Shown: in pieces, positions 19,438 through 29,086 of the stretch
Position numbering within the stretch: the first letter of the stretch is position 1
Layout: every line of letters begins with the position of its first letter
Virus record (IMG/VR): IMGVR_UViG_3300010391_000058
Location: 1-64,000 of that record
Source: a virus
Direction: 5' to 3' (one strand)
DNA: 64,000 nt
Translations under genes and position numbers: made by a program
The notes under the pieces: generated by a model
Databases searched by the model: none
Told to the model about the DNA's origin: nothing
What the model saw: the letters and a program-made list of their open reading frames with translations, nothing else

Positions 19438-22400
19438 ATGAATATGAAAAGATTATTAATTGCAGCACTTTTACTGGTATCAGGTGTATGTTTCGGACAG
19501 AGTGTAATACCTCCATGGGCAAAACCAAATAACAGTTTTGGCACCGTACAAAACGGAATTGCCTTGCAGAGAATTATTCTATTGCCAACAGGATGCGGTA
19601 ATCCGGCCCCGCTTGGCGTTAAAGATTCTGCCATGAAGCAGGGGGCATATTACTTCGATAGTTGCGCTCACCGGCCATGGATATGGGATTCAAAAACAAA
19701 TGTTTGGGATTCTATTCACCTTGGATCAACGGCATCTGGAGGAAGTAATTGGGGCATCCTTGGTAATACCGGAACCAATCCGACAACACACTTTGTTGGA
19801 ACAACTGATTTGCAGGACTTCGTTGGCAGAACAAATAATATTGAAAGGTTCCGGGTGAAAAGTACCGGCAACTTTTGGATGAAGGATACAGCGAAGGTGA
19901 GTAAGATTATGTCGCTACCAATACCAGAGCCCGATTATGAAATTGCAATATTTCCTGATATTCAGAACATGATCGAGCTGCATCAAGCTGATAGTAGAAC
20001 TATGTTTCAATGGCTGAAGGACAGCGCAGTATATTACAACGTTAAGGCAATGATACAGGTGGGAGATATTACGAATAGAAATACTACTGCCGAATGGGAT
20101 ACATTAACCTCTCAGTTAAATCTTATAGCTGCAACTGATATTATTCCATATAGTTTTGCGGTTGGGAACCATGATTATGGGAACGGCTTTACACCCGCCC
20201 CACGGGATGCAACGAATTACAACAATTATCTTGGTGTTGCACACTATACCGGGAAGTCTTTTTATGGAGGTCACTATGGAAGTACTAATGAAAATTTCTG
20301 GATACAATTTAATGCAGGTACGAGAAAATACCTTGTCATGAATTTGGAATTCCTTCCAAGGGATGCAGTTGTTACCTGGGCCGGAGGGATATTGGATTCA
20401 GTTTATACAGCCGATCCAGCAAGGGAGGTCATAATCAATACCCATGCTGTTATTACTACTTATGGGGAGCTTTCTACTGATACCAGCGTTTATACCGGTG
20501 ATACTTATGGGATGAGCGCCGATAATAGCGGTCAGGAGCTTTGGGATAAGCTGATAAAGAAAAAGCCAAATATCAAATGGGTTGTATCGGGGCACTACCT
20601 TATACCGAATGTTTGGCCGAAGTACGGCCTGACAGATCGAATAATTGCAACCGGGGAGAATGGCAACCTGATCAATGCAATCTTTGTCAATTACCAGGAC
20701 GATAGTACAAATGGAGACGGTTATTTTCTCCGTTTGAAATTTCACCCATCATTAGGAACGGTTGATGCAAGATATTATTCATCTGTTAAGAAGGCTGAAG
20801 ATCCACGAATACAGTATTCACCTCCATTTGCTTTGCAAGATCCAGCTATACATGTAATCACTTCGATGGCGGTTAAGGGGGATGCTGCTATCAATGGTGA
20901 CTTTCGGGTTGCTGGAGAGCTTAAAAATGAGAAGCTTTCAAAAGATGGCATTGCTTATACTGGTGATGATCATATTATTAATAATTCGCCAAATCTTTTA
21001 TTCAACTCAGCGCAAGGATTAAGACTTAAAAATCTTAATAAAGATACTGCTACAATTACCATTACAAAAAACCCATTAGATTCAACCAATACTCCTTATA
21101 TAAAATTTGTTTATGGCCCGGCAGGGCAATCATTTCAGATAAGGGGTGGCACTGAGCAAATATTATATGGTGGCTGGAATAATAATATTTTCATGGGGGA
21201 TTCGGCTGGCGCAAAAAATAGAGGCGCAGCCAATTCAGGTTATGGCCCTTTTGCTTTAGCAAGAAATATACAAGGAGACAGAAACTTTGCGGCTGGCCCA
21301 TATTCACAAAATGTTGCAGTTGGGAGTGATAATACCACAGTCGGTACTTATACAATGTTAGGTATTGTGAATGGTGGAGACAATACAGTTATGGGAGATT
21401 ATTCATTGGTTAATGCTACAGGTACAGTAACAGGAAATTCAATTTTTGGAAATGATGCTTGGGGTACTGAAGGAGCTTTAGTTGCCCCTACATGGAATAC
21501 AACTGTTGGTAAAAACATTGCCAGATTTTCCACTGGTTCACCATCATTTAATACTATTGTTGGAGCCAGAAATGCAACAGCTATTCAGGGTAGCCATAAT
21601 CTAATATTAGGGCCAGATTCAGGGAATGGCAGTTTTATATTAGGAGATTATAATGTTTTAATTGGTGGAAATAATGCTGCCGGCATTAATGGTAAGAGTA
21701 AATGGATTCAAATTTCAGATTGTTTTGGAAATATCCGGGCCGTTTGTGATAGTGTAGGTAATTGGGGTATTGGCACGGTTACGCCAACTACATTGCTTCA
21801 TGTGAATGGCGCAAACGGATTCAGATATGTTGATGGTAACCAGGGAGCAGGGAAAATATTGCAATCTGATGCAAATGGTGTCGGAAGTTGGCAAGCTGCT
21901 GCAGGTGGAGCGCCCGGTGGAAGTAATAAACAGGTACAGTTTAATAACAGCAGTGCTTTTGGCGGGGCTACGGGCTTTGAATACCAAGTTGGAGCATCCC
22001 CTAATGTTTTGATCCAGGCTCAAAATGCTGCATATACACCTTTGCAATTGAAGATGGCTGCAAGTCATAGCGGTAGTTCTTTTGAAATTGTAACCTCAAC
22101 GGGAACTCCCGTGGTTTCAGTAGATGCAAATGGAACGATAACCGCAAATGGTGTTATCATGGGTCAATATGGAGGTGCCAAAGGTTTTTCTCTTACTTCG
22201 CCCAATGATTTATATTTTGATGCAGGTGTAAGTCATGACGTTCATATTGTAATGGGAACACAGGGGGCACACTATTATTCCAATGGAGGTGTAACAACTA
22301 TCATTAGAAATCAATATGGTGGAAACAGTGCTGATTTTGAAATGGGAAGCAATTTACAGATAACTCCAAGTACAGGATATACAGGAATAGGCGCTGGTGG

Positions 22401-22767
22401 AACAAAAGATTATTTAAAAGTAATGACAGGTGGTAATATCGGTGCAGGAGTTACAACCCCAACATCTATATTACATACAACCTCTTTTGCAACAGGATAT
22501 GTAGCAAAGACAGCTAATTATACGGCAACAATTTCTGATTACACCATTAATTGTACCAGCGGCACATTTACTGTCACATTGCCAACAGCGGTTAGCATTA
22601 CGGGTAGAATCTATGTGATAAAGAATACCGGTGCCGGTACAATAACCATTGCAACAACTTCATCTCAGACAATAGACGGGGCAACAACAAAGACATTGAA
22701 TACGCAGTATTCAGGCTACCAGGTACAGTCAGATGGAGCTAATTGGATAATCATTTCAACTTTTTAA
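19438..22767 (+). CDS. Fibre-like protein with signal peptide, calcineurin-like metallophosphoesterase domain and Gly/Asn beta-helix repeats
   Basis: Signal peptide ...VCFG|Q; PDIQ, GDI, GNHD, THA, SGH metallophosphoesterase motifs; NT.VG repeats; GIGTVTP..LHV; C-terminal TVTLP...SDGANW. Confidence 0.8.
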   Translation: MNMKRLLIAALLLVSGVCFGQSVIPPWAKPNNSFGTVQNGIALQRIILLPTGCGNPAPLGVKDSAMKQGAYYFDSCAHRPWIWDSKTNVWDSIHLGSTASGGSNWGILGNTGTNPTTHFVGTTDLQDFVGRTNNIERFRVKSTGNFWMKDTAKVSKIMSLPIPEPDYEIAIFPDIQNMIELHQADSRTMFQWLKDSAVYYNVKAMIQVGDITNRNTTAEWDTLTSQLNLIAATDIIPYSFAVGNHDYGNGFTPAPRDATNYNNYLGVAHYTGKSFYGGHYGSTNENFWIQFNAGTRKYLVMNLEFLPRDAVVTWAGGILDSVYTADPAREVIINTHAVITTYGELSTDTSVYTGDTYGMSADNSGQELWDKLIKKKPNIKWVVSGHYLIPNVWPKYGLTDRIIATGENGNLINAIFVNYQDDSTNGDGYFLRLKFHPSLGTVDARYYSSVKKAEDPRIQYSPPFALQDPAIHVITSMAVKGDAAINGDFRVAGELKNEKLSKDGIAYTGDDHIINNSPNLLFNSAQGLRLKNLNKDTATITITKNPLDSTNTPYIKFVYGPAGQSFQIRGGTEQILYGGWNNNIFMGDSAGAKNRGAANSGYGPFALARNIQGDRNFAAGPYSQNVAVGSDNTTVGTYTMLGIVNGGDNTVMGDYSLVNATGTVTGNSIFGNDAWGTEGALVAPTWNTTVGKNIARFSTGSPSFNTIVGARNATAIQGSHNLILGPDSGNGSFILGDYNVLIGGNNAAGINGKSKWIQISDCFGNIRAVCDSVGNWGIGTVTPTTLLHVNGANGFRYVDGNQGAGKILQSDANGVGSWQAAAGGAPGGSNKQVQFNNSSAFGGATGFEYQVGASPNVLIQAQNAAYTPLQLKMAASHSGSSFEIVTSTGTPVVSVDANGTITANGVIMGQYGGAKGFSLTSPNDLYFDAGVSHDVHIVMGTQGAHYYSNGGVTTIIRNQYGGNSADFEMGSNLQITPSTGYTGIGAGGTKDYLKVMTGGNIGAGVTTPTSILHTTSFATGYVAKTANYTATISDYTINCTSGTFTVTLPTAVSITGRIYVIKNTGAGTITIATTSSQTIDGATTKTLNTQYSGYQVQSDGANWIIISTF

Positions 22768-22769
22768 TT

Positions 22770-23069
22770 ATGCAAAACTTTGTAAAACAGGTAAGCACAG
22801 CAACGAGTGGAACGGTAACTATGCCGGACACGAAACAAGATGTTGTTTTAATTCATGATGCAGAAAGTTTGGCGGAAACGCTGACCATGGCTTTTCCGGC
22901 AAACCCGGTGGATGGACAGAGGGTTGTTATTGCCTCAACTCTTGGAGTAACAGAATTGACACTTTCTTCTGCACTTACTATTGTTGGAGGGCTTTCAGTT
23001 ATTGCAGCAGGAGGTTGCGCCGGGTATATCTATGAGGCGGGTCAAAATAAGTGGTTTAAGATTTCATAA
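22770..23069 (+). CDS. Small fibre-associated beta protein
   Basis: LT..FP..PVDGQ.V.I motif; C-terminal Y......W. Confidence 0.6.
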   Translation: MQNFVKQVSTATSGTVTMPDTKQDVVLIHDAESLAETLTMAFPANPVDGQRVVIASTLGVTELTLSSALTIVGGLSVIAAGGCAGYIYEAGQNKWFKIS

Positions 23070-23095
23070 AGAATAACGTACTATGTAATTCAATA

Positions 23096-23458
23096 ATGAA
23101 AAGCTTTTTACATATCGCTGTATTGTTATTCTTTTTTTCTTTTACTGTCTCCGGGCAGCAAGGAGAAAACACGGTAACGATGAAGGAGTATATTGACAAG
23201 CAGGTGGATATGCTTTTAAAAATATCCGATATCAGATATGATAATATTGAAAGTAATGTTAGAACAGCAAACTCAGCAATGGATAAAAGAATGGATGGGG
23301 TTAATGAGTTCCGAGCACAGCTAAAAGATCAGGTTGCTACATTTCCAACCAGAAAAGAATTGTGGGGATACCTGGTTGCGGTTATTACTACCATGATTGC
23401 AATTATGAATTTTCTTCAAAAGAAAAAAGAAACAGAAAAAACCAAAGCTCATGAATAA
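23096..23458 (+). CDS. Signal-peptide and C-terminal TM protein (lysis region)
   Basis: Hydrophobic N-terminus ...VSG|Q; NEFRAQLKDQ...F.TR; C-terminal helix. Confidence 0.6.
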   Translation: MKSFLHIAVLLFFFSFTVSGQQGENTVTMKEYIDKQVDMLLKISDIRYDNIESNVRTANSAMDKRMDGVNEFRAQLKDQVATFPTRKELWGYLVAVITTMIAIMNFLQKKKETEKTKAHE

Positions 23459-23936
23459 AGAATCAATCATTGTAATAATTCTTGGCCTGATCGGGGTCGC
23501 TTATGGCTGTTTGAGAAAGATGGGGAAGCTTCAGGCTGAAGCTGATAGCGCCAATGTAAAGTTCAACCGGAAGATATATTGGACGAAAGACCGGATTTCA
23601 ATTATCAGCTCTGTATTATCAGTTGCGATCTGGTATGCCATATTCGGTGAATGGGCTAAGAAGTACCCAGGGATCATTGATATCAAAAGAACGCTGTTTG
23701 TGGTAGCAGGATATTCCGGAACCTCAATAATCCAGGATGCTTTTGATGGCTTCACCCAAAGCGCAAAAAAGTATATCCGGAGCTATGTAGATGTAAAGAC
23801 AAACACAGCTGATATGATGACAGGGGTATCGAAGGCAGCGCCGATTGATAAGGTAATTGAGAAGGGCAATGAAATTACAGGGGCAGACGTAACGAAGGCC
23901 CCGCCTGCTCCAAAAGATGTAGAAACGAAACCTTAA
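23451..23936 (+). CDS. Holin-like membrane protein
   Basis: About 3 hydrophobic segments, AGYSG motif, lysis-region position. Confidence 0.55.
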   Translation: MNKESIIVIILGLIGVAYGCLRKMGKLQAEADSANVKFNRKIYWTKDRISIISSVLSVAIWYAIFGEWAKKYPGIIDIKRTLFVVAGYSGTSIIQDAFDGFTQSAKKYIRSYVDVKTNTADMMTGVSKAAPIDKVIEKGNEITGADVTKAPPAPKDVETKP

Positions 23937-23939
23937 CCG

Positions 23940-24110
23940 ATGGAGACAACGAAGCAACAATGGTTGGAGCACTTGATGAAACTAAAAGAGTATGAAAAGG
24001 AATTATATATATGGTTAAAAAAACGAATGAAAAAGGCTGGAGAGGTAATAGTTATTGATGAAAGCAATACGCCTCCGCTGCCTCCAAAATCACCGATAGA
24101 AACAAAATAG
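23940..24110 (+). CDS. Small protein with Pro-rich C-terminus (not in ORF track)
   Basis: METTKQQWLEHLMKLKEYEKELYIWLKKRMKKAGEVIVIDESNTPPLPPKSPIETK*; fills the gap on the + strand. Confidence 0.6.
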   Translation: METTKQQWLEHLMKLKEYEKELYIWLKKRMKKAGEVIVIDESNTPPLPPKSPIETK

Positions 24111-24131
24111 TTAACCTTAAACCTAAATGTC

Positions 24132-24323
24132 ATGGCACGCAATCTGTATGTAGTAAAATTCAATGAGACAACGGATCTATTCATGATTCATTACGATCCG
24201 AATTATTCTCTTTGTGAGTGGGGTGGCCCCAATCACCCGGACGTAATGACCTGGGAAACGCTGGCTGCAGCTCAGCAGGTGGCCGCATCAATTAACGGAG
24301 GCACAGTAGGCACTCCAAAATAA
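24132..24323 (+). CDS. Hypothetical protein
   Basis: 63-aa ORF, tight packing. Confidence 0.6.
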   Translation: MARNLYVVKFNETTDLFMIHYDPNYSLCEWGGPNHPDVMTWETLAAAQQVAASINGGTVGTPK

Positions 24324-24329
24324 TATTGA

Positions 24330-24815
24330 ATGAGAAAGTATAAGAAGGGGTTTATAGTTTATTTCCCGGTTACACTGGTTGCAATCCAGGTAATGATTAA
24401 CCTTTTGTCTTTTATAGACAAGGGGCTTTACCTATCAACGGGATTCTATTTGAACATGCTATTTGGCACCAATGTATATTTCGCTTTGTTTCTGATCATT
24501 CTTACATTCAGTATCAAAGCCTGTTCAGTTAGTAAGTGGGCCGCAATAGCCGAATGTGCTTTTGCAGTAAACTATATGGTCATTCAGCAGGATAACCTTT
24601 ATAATATTCTATTCCAGGTTATTGTAGGTGTCTTGGCGATCTTTGCAACCTTCTATCATTTCATAAGGAAATTTCCGCTTTGCAGGCTGAGCTTGCTGGC
24701 TAAGTTTTATAAGAAATTAATAAAAAGCGGATGTAATTGGAATAAAGCATTTGAGGCATGGCAGAAAGATTTAGATAATAAACTTGAAAAACAATACCAT
24801 GAATTTAAGCATTGA
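24330..24815 (+). CDS. Four-TM membrane protein
   Basis: Four hydrophobic segments. Confidence 0.65.
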   Translation: MRKYKKGFIVYFPVTLVAIQVMINLLSFIDKGLYLSTGFYLNMLFGTNVYFALFLIILTFSIKACSVSKWAAIAECAFAVNYMVIQQDNLYNILFQVIVGVLAIFATFYHFIRKFPLCRLSLLAKFYKKLIKSGCNWNKAFEAWQKDLDNKLEKQYHEFKH

Positions 24816-25008
24816 AACAGTAGTAACCCTACTAACCGGCATCGGCGTTATTGCCGGCATATTTTCATGGTGGCTATCTAAATTTCTTTCTGACAAAAAA
24901 GAAAGCACTGAGTTGCGTATTGAGGTAAAGTATCTGGAGGAAGATGTTCGTAAATTAGAGAGGGATGTTGAGGACTTGAAAAATAAAAATAGAAATTCTC
25001 ACAGATAA
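24799..25008 (+). CDS. Small TM + coiled-coil protein (holin/haemolysin-like)
   Basis: One TM helix then E.RIE.K.LE.DV..LE coiled coil. Confidence 0.55.
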   Translation: MNLSIETVVTLLTGIGVIAGIFSWWLSKFLSDKKESTELRIEVKYLEEDVRKLERDVEDLKNKNRNSHR

Positions 25009-25019
25009 AATAAACTATT

Positions 25020-25475
25020 ATGGCACTTGACCTTGGCAAACTAAATGAGATCCTGAAAACTGTATCTACAAATAAGTGGCTGCTTATATGCCTCACGGCA
25101 ATCACGCTAACCTACTTTGCTACAAAGTTGTTTGGCCCAGGCAAAAGCGATCCGGAGGCAGTAAAGGTGCTGCAAAAGCAGAATGATCAGTGCTCCACAG
25201 AAAAGCAACAGTTTGTGGATTACATTCTGAAGATGAATAATAGCCTCAAAGAGATGGCCGGCCAGCCGACTTCTTTTAATAACATAAATTCGGTTGAAGT
25301 CACTTTATTGGATGATGATTTCATGTTTGCTGTTTACGATACTACCAAGAAGCCAATGACCAGGAACCAGCAGCAACAACAGCTTTTAAAATGGATATCC
25401 AGCAACGATTCAGTGCTCAGAAGAGCGCATGTTGATTCGCTGAGGCGGGCCGATTCCATAAAAAAGAGGGGGTGA
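25020..25475 (+). CDS. Membrane-anchored hypothetical protein
   Basis: N-terminal TM helix; 151 aa. Confidence 0.55.
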   Translation: MALDLGKLNEILKTVSTNKWLLICLTAITLTYFATKLFGPGKSDPEAVKVLQKQNDQCSTEKQQFVDYILKMNNSLKEMAGQPTSFNNINSVEVTLLDDDFMFAVYDTTKKPMTRNQQQQQLLKWISSNDSVLRRAHVDSLRRADSIKKRG

Positions 25476-25548
25476 AATAGATTTGGTGTGAACGAATTTT
25501 CCTATATTTAACTATTCTTACTTTATTTATAATCTATAAAACTTCCTT

Positions 25549-25917
25549 ATGACTGACATTGCAACTCCCATTCCAACATCCCCTGTAATTGGTATTGATC
25601 ATTTAAAATCGGGGTTGAAAACGGTATCTGACTTCAGAAACCAGGTAGCACAAACCAAAAGATTCAACATTCTTGCATTGCTTGGCTTTGTAGATGATCT
25701 GGCTGCCATTGGCGAAACGATCACAGCCTGGAAGGATATCATTGCTGAGGCAAAGGATCTTGACAGCAATGAAAGCAAAGAGCTTGCTACCTATGCATTG
25801 GAGGTGTTGAAAATACCAGCGACTAAAGTGGCAAAATTCGTTTCCGATGCGTTGCAGTGGTTGATAACAACTATTGACCTGGTAGAACAAGCCAGGCATT
25901 TGAAAGATCCTGCATAA
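25549..25917 (+). CDS. Hypothetical helical protein
   Basis: 122 aa; E.KDLD..E..EL motif. Confidence 0.6.
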   Translation: MTDIATPIPTSPVIGIDHLKSGLKTVSDFRNQVAQTKRFNILALLGFVDDLAAIGETITAWKDIIAEAKDLDSNESKELATYALEVLKIPATKVAKFVSDALQWLITTIDLVEQARHLKDPA

Positions 25918-26561
25918 TGAAAAATGTAAACTGGTGGAAGATTGGCATTGTTGCTGCCATAGCGGTTGCCCTATTTTGGGGAGGCTGTAAGTATGACCAG
26001 TGGAAAACAAAAAAATCAGTTGGCACAGTAAAGACGGTCACACATGATTCGCTTGTTTACCGGGATACGGGCCGGATAGTTCCTTTCAGGGTGGATCATT
26101 ATGCAAAGGGAAAAGATGGCAAGCCATATCCGGTGCATGATACAGTTCCGGGTGTTCCAGAAATAATTATTGAGCCCACCGATACGGCAGCGATCCTTGC
26201 CAGGTATAATGAAACAGCATACTATCATCACCAGGTAGATACGGGCCGCTGGAAGATAACGGTGGATGAATCGGTAACACAAAACAGAATTAAAGATTGG
26301 TCACTGAAGGCTGTAAGCAGCGATACCACTACAAAAACCACAACGATAATACAGCCCCCAAAAAACTTTGTAGCCTATTTCACATTTTCCACAATGGGAA
26401 ATTTCAATAACCCTTTATATGCACAGTCATTGGGGTTGGCTTTAAAATTACCGAATGATAAAGTATATCAGGTGGCAATAGTCAGGGCAGGCAATCACCG
26501 GCCAATGGTACAGGCAACATACTTGGCACCACTTCGAAACCCATTTAGAAAAAGGAAATAA
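25917..26561 (+). CDS. Putative spanin-like/membrane protein
   Basis: N-terminal TM ending ...FWGGC; DT-rich linker; C-terminal amphipathic beta strands. Confidence 0.5.
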   Translation: MKNVNWWKIGIVAAIAVALFWGGCKYDQWKTKKSVGTVKTVTHDSLVYRDTGRIVPFRVDHYAKGKDGKPYPVHDTVPGVPEIIIEPTDTAAILARYNETAYYHHQVDTGRWKITVDESVTQNRIKDWSLKAVSSDTTTKTTTIIQPPKNFVAYFTFSTMGNFNNPLYAQSLGLALKLPNDKVYQVAIVRAGNHRPMVQATYLAPLRNPFRKRK

Positions 26562-26563
26562 CC

Positions 26564-26761
26564 ATGGCAGAGATTCAGATTGAAACCATTATGGATATCA
26601 ATAAGTTTAAAAAGGATTGCAGGCGAATGGTCAAAGTGCTGAAGATCATGAGATGGTTGATAATCTTTAATCATCGGCCATTGTCATGGCTTATTAAACC
26701 GGTTCTAACAATCTGGATGAGATTAACCATAAACAGAGCAATGCATGTCAGAACAATTTGA
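26564..26761 (+). CDS. Hypothetical protein
   Basis: 65-aa ORF overlapping endolysin start. Confidence 0.4.
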   Translation: MAEIQIETIMDINKFKKDCRRMVKVLKIMRWLIIFNHRPLSWLIKPVLTIWMRLTINRAMHVRTI

Positions 26762-27434
26762 TGGCGTAATAGGATCGCTTGCCTTCGATCCGATAGAGAT
26801 ACCGGCGCTGCCGGAGAAATTGCCAGTGCTTAATGTAACCCTGGAGCAGTTCGGGCCTATGACAGAAATAGTGATTGATAATTTCGAAGGCGGCTATTAC
26901 AATCCGAACATGCTGAAAAACTTCAAGGCAGCTGATCAGGCATTATTGAAATCATCCGGAGAAACGATGTTTGGCTTGGACAAGAAGGCCGGAGCCAGTT
27001 TGCAGCAATACCCGGAATGGAATCAGTTCTGGAAGATCGTGGATGAGGACAGGGCTAAAAACATTTGGAAGTATAATTACAAGGGCGGGGGAGTAGCTGC
27101 TGAGCTGAAAAGGCTGGCTGCGGCACTGATGTATCGGTGGTTTAGTTACTTAGCCGGCAAGTATATTTTGATATCATCAATGGACGAGATAACCAATGAC
27201 CAGCGGCTTATTATTCATTTTAGTTACGCATGCTGGAATGGAGAATCTTGGTTCAAAAAATATTCTGATGCATTAAATAAAGCCATTTCAAAATTCAGTG
27301 GTAACAAAGATGCAATCTTTGAGGAAGCGATTAAAGCCAGAACACAGGCAACAAATAAATTTGGTCTTCCCAATAGAGCCATAAGACAACAAGGAGAGCA
27401 CATGTTAGCCTTATTCGCCAACCTACATTTATAG
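26745..27434 (+). CDS. Putative endolysin (GH108/lysozyme-like)
   Basis: EGGYYNP...SGETMFG resembles GH108 EGGY...GGeT.yG. Confidence 0.7.
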   Translation: MSEQFDGVIGSLAFDPIEIPALPEKLPVLNVTLEQFGPMTEIVIDNFEGGYYNPNMLKNFKAADQALLKSSGETMFGLDKKAGASLQQYPEWNQFWKIVDEDRAKNIWKYNYKGGGVAAELKRLAAALMYRWFSYLAGKYILISSMDEITNDQRLIIHFSYACWNGESWFKKYSDALNKAISKFSGNKDAIFEEAIKARTQATNKFGLPNRAIRQQGEHMLALFANLHL

Positions 27435-27494
27435 AAAAACCTCACATTTCTGCAAGGCTTTTCATATCTTTATTGTGACTAAACTTTAAAGATA

Positions 27495-27980
27495 TTGGCA
27501 AAGATAATAGTTCATTCAAAAAAATATGGTGAAAAAATTATCCTTATAGATAAGGCTGATTTTGAACAGCTTAAACAATATAGTTGGTATGTTGATAAGG
27601 TTAAGAATAAATTCTACGCAACCAGAAGTGGATATCCAGGATCGCCAATAAGGATGCATAGGGTTATAATGGGTGTCTCAGACCCTAAAATACAAGTTGA
27701 TCACCGAGATAAAAATGGGCTAAATAATAAAAGAAGCAATCTTAGATTATGCACAAACAGACAAAATAGTTGTAATAAAATTGCTATTAAAAATAGAACT
27801 TCTAAATATCTTGGAGTTTGGTTCAATAAAAGAAAAGGCAGCTGGAAGTGCGAAATAATGAAAGATGGGAAAAAGGTTTATTCTCGATCATTTAAAACAG
27901 AAGATGAGGCAGCATTAGCATATAACCGAAATGCCCCTAAGTTTCACGGGGAATTTGTAAGCCTAAATATCATTCCATAG
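27495..27980 (+). CDS. HNH-AP2 domain homing endonuclease
   Basis: MHRVI...VDHRDKNGLNNKRSNLR; SKYLGV...W...F.TE.EAA.AYN. Confidence 0.92.
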   Translation: MAKIIVHSKKYGEKIILIDKADFEQLKQYSWYVDKVKNKFYATRSGYPGSPIRMHRVIMGVSDPKIQVDHRDKNGLNNKRSNLRLCTNRQNSCNKIAIKNRTSKYLGVWFNKRKGSWKCEIMKDGKKVYSRSFKTEDEAALAYNRNAPKFHGEFVSLNIIP

Positions 27981-28045
27981 CTCCAGGCAGCTACCTGCAC
28001 AAAAATATTTTTGGGTTAAATCAGAAACTCTTTACCTTTAACCTT

Positions 28046-28180
28046 ATGGTATTGTTTATTATTTTCCTTGTACTTGCAGCTTTCACAGGTGGAATATATC
28101 TCGGTAAATATCTTGAAAGAAAAAAGAAGCCGCCTGTAAAAGATGAGCAAGCAGTGAAAATAAATATAGTAGCAGATTAA
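28046..28180 (+). CDS. 44-aa single-TM peptide ending KINIVAD (not in ORF track)
   Basis: MVLFIIFLVLAAFTGGIYLGKYLERKKKPPVKDEQAVKINIVAD*; C-terminus identical to next gene's. Confidence 0.7.
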   Translation: MVLFIIFLVLAAFTGGIYLGKYLERKKKPPVKDEQAVKINIVAD

Positions 28181-28218
28181 ATTTGTCTCGTATTTTCTAA
28201 TCAATAAATGTAAATCAA

Positions 28219-28584
28219 ATGAAACTTTTAAAAACCGATTTCACTTCCGGAGACAACGGCTTGCAAAAAAATTATCACATTGAGCCTGTAACTTCCGAAA
28301 ACGTTTTGGACACAGTACAGGACGGTTCACAAAACTTTATTACTGTTGATCCCGTTGCCGATGATGCAGATCCAACCGCCAATGTAGTTGTTGAGACAGT
28401 GGCAAAGGTTGTTCCTAACGGAGATGATAAAAACAAATTCGGCCTTGTATGGGTAGGCGAAGGAAATGTAAGGGTGAAGGCGAAGGCCGATGCTGATATG
28501 GGATCTGAAGTAAAGATCATTACCGGCCAGGCTGATTTTGAGCTGGTGGATGAAGCCACGAAGATCAATATCGTAGCCGACTAA
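28219..28584 (+). CDS. Small beta-rich (Ig-like) protein ending KINIVAD
   Basis: 121 aa; V.V.A.ADADMG..V..ITG...F.LV.EAT.INI beta-strand pattern. Confidence 0.75.
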   Translation: MKLLKTDFTSGDNGLQKNYHIEPVTSENVLDTVQDGSQNFITVDPVADDADPTANVVVETVAKVVPNGDDKNKFGLVWVGEGNVRVKAKADADMGSEVKIITGQADFELVDEATKINIVAD

Positions 28585-28615
28585 GAATTTTCATAAAAGT
28601 TGGTTTTGGTGAAAG

Positions 28616-28644
28616 AAGCCTTGGGCGAAAGCTCAGGGCTTTTT
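28616..28644 (+). terminator. Intrinsic terminator ending the late/lysis transcript
   Basis: AAGCCTTGGGC-GAAA-GCTCAGGGCTT + T tract. Confidence 0.85.
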
Positions 28645-28786
28645 GTTTTGTCACGCTTCAGGATTTATATATAGGAGGCAAGCCGGACTATGCAGCAAGT
28701 CAGTATATACTGCATGTGGATAAATAAACTTATAGGTTGACGGCAAAAATGTAACGCTTAGGAGCATTATATAGTTAAAGGACTGT

Positions 28787-29086
28787 ATGAAAGAGACAAA
28801 ACACAAACTTACCAGGGATGGCCGGTTATACTACTGGTGCCAGGTAATGAAGGATCAGGGCCGGGAATTATTTTTCAGAAGGGGCAAGGTTAACATGATC
28901 CTGCTCATTGAGGAAGGCGATATTATTTCCGTTGGGATATCCGTTGTAAGCATGCAGGATGCTATTCACCGGTGCCGGGAACGGTTTGGAATTCGCAACC
29001 TGGAGATCATGATAAGGCAGGAAATTAATATGGATGAAGTACGGAGAATTCTTAACCTGCCTGATAATGAAGATGATATTAGTTGA
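28787..29086 (+). CDS. Hypothetical protein
   Basis: 99-aa ORF. Confidence 0.55.
   Translation: MKETKHKLTRDGRLYYWCQVMKDQGRELFFRRGKVNMILLIEEGDIISVGISVVSMQDAIHRCRERFGIRNLEIMIRQEINMDEVRRILNLPDNEDDIS

Noticed and set aside
18060-23069. Diversity-generating retroelement or invertible fibre cassette
   Set aside because: No reverse transcriptase, invertase or TR/VR repeat pair was recognised.
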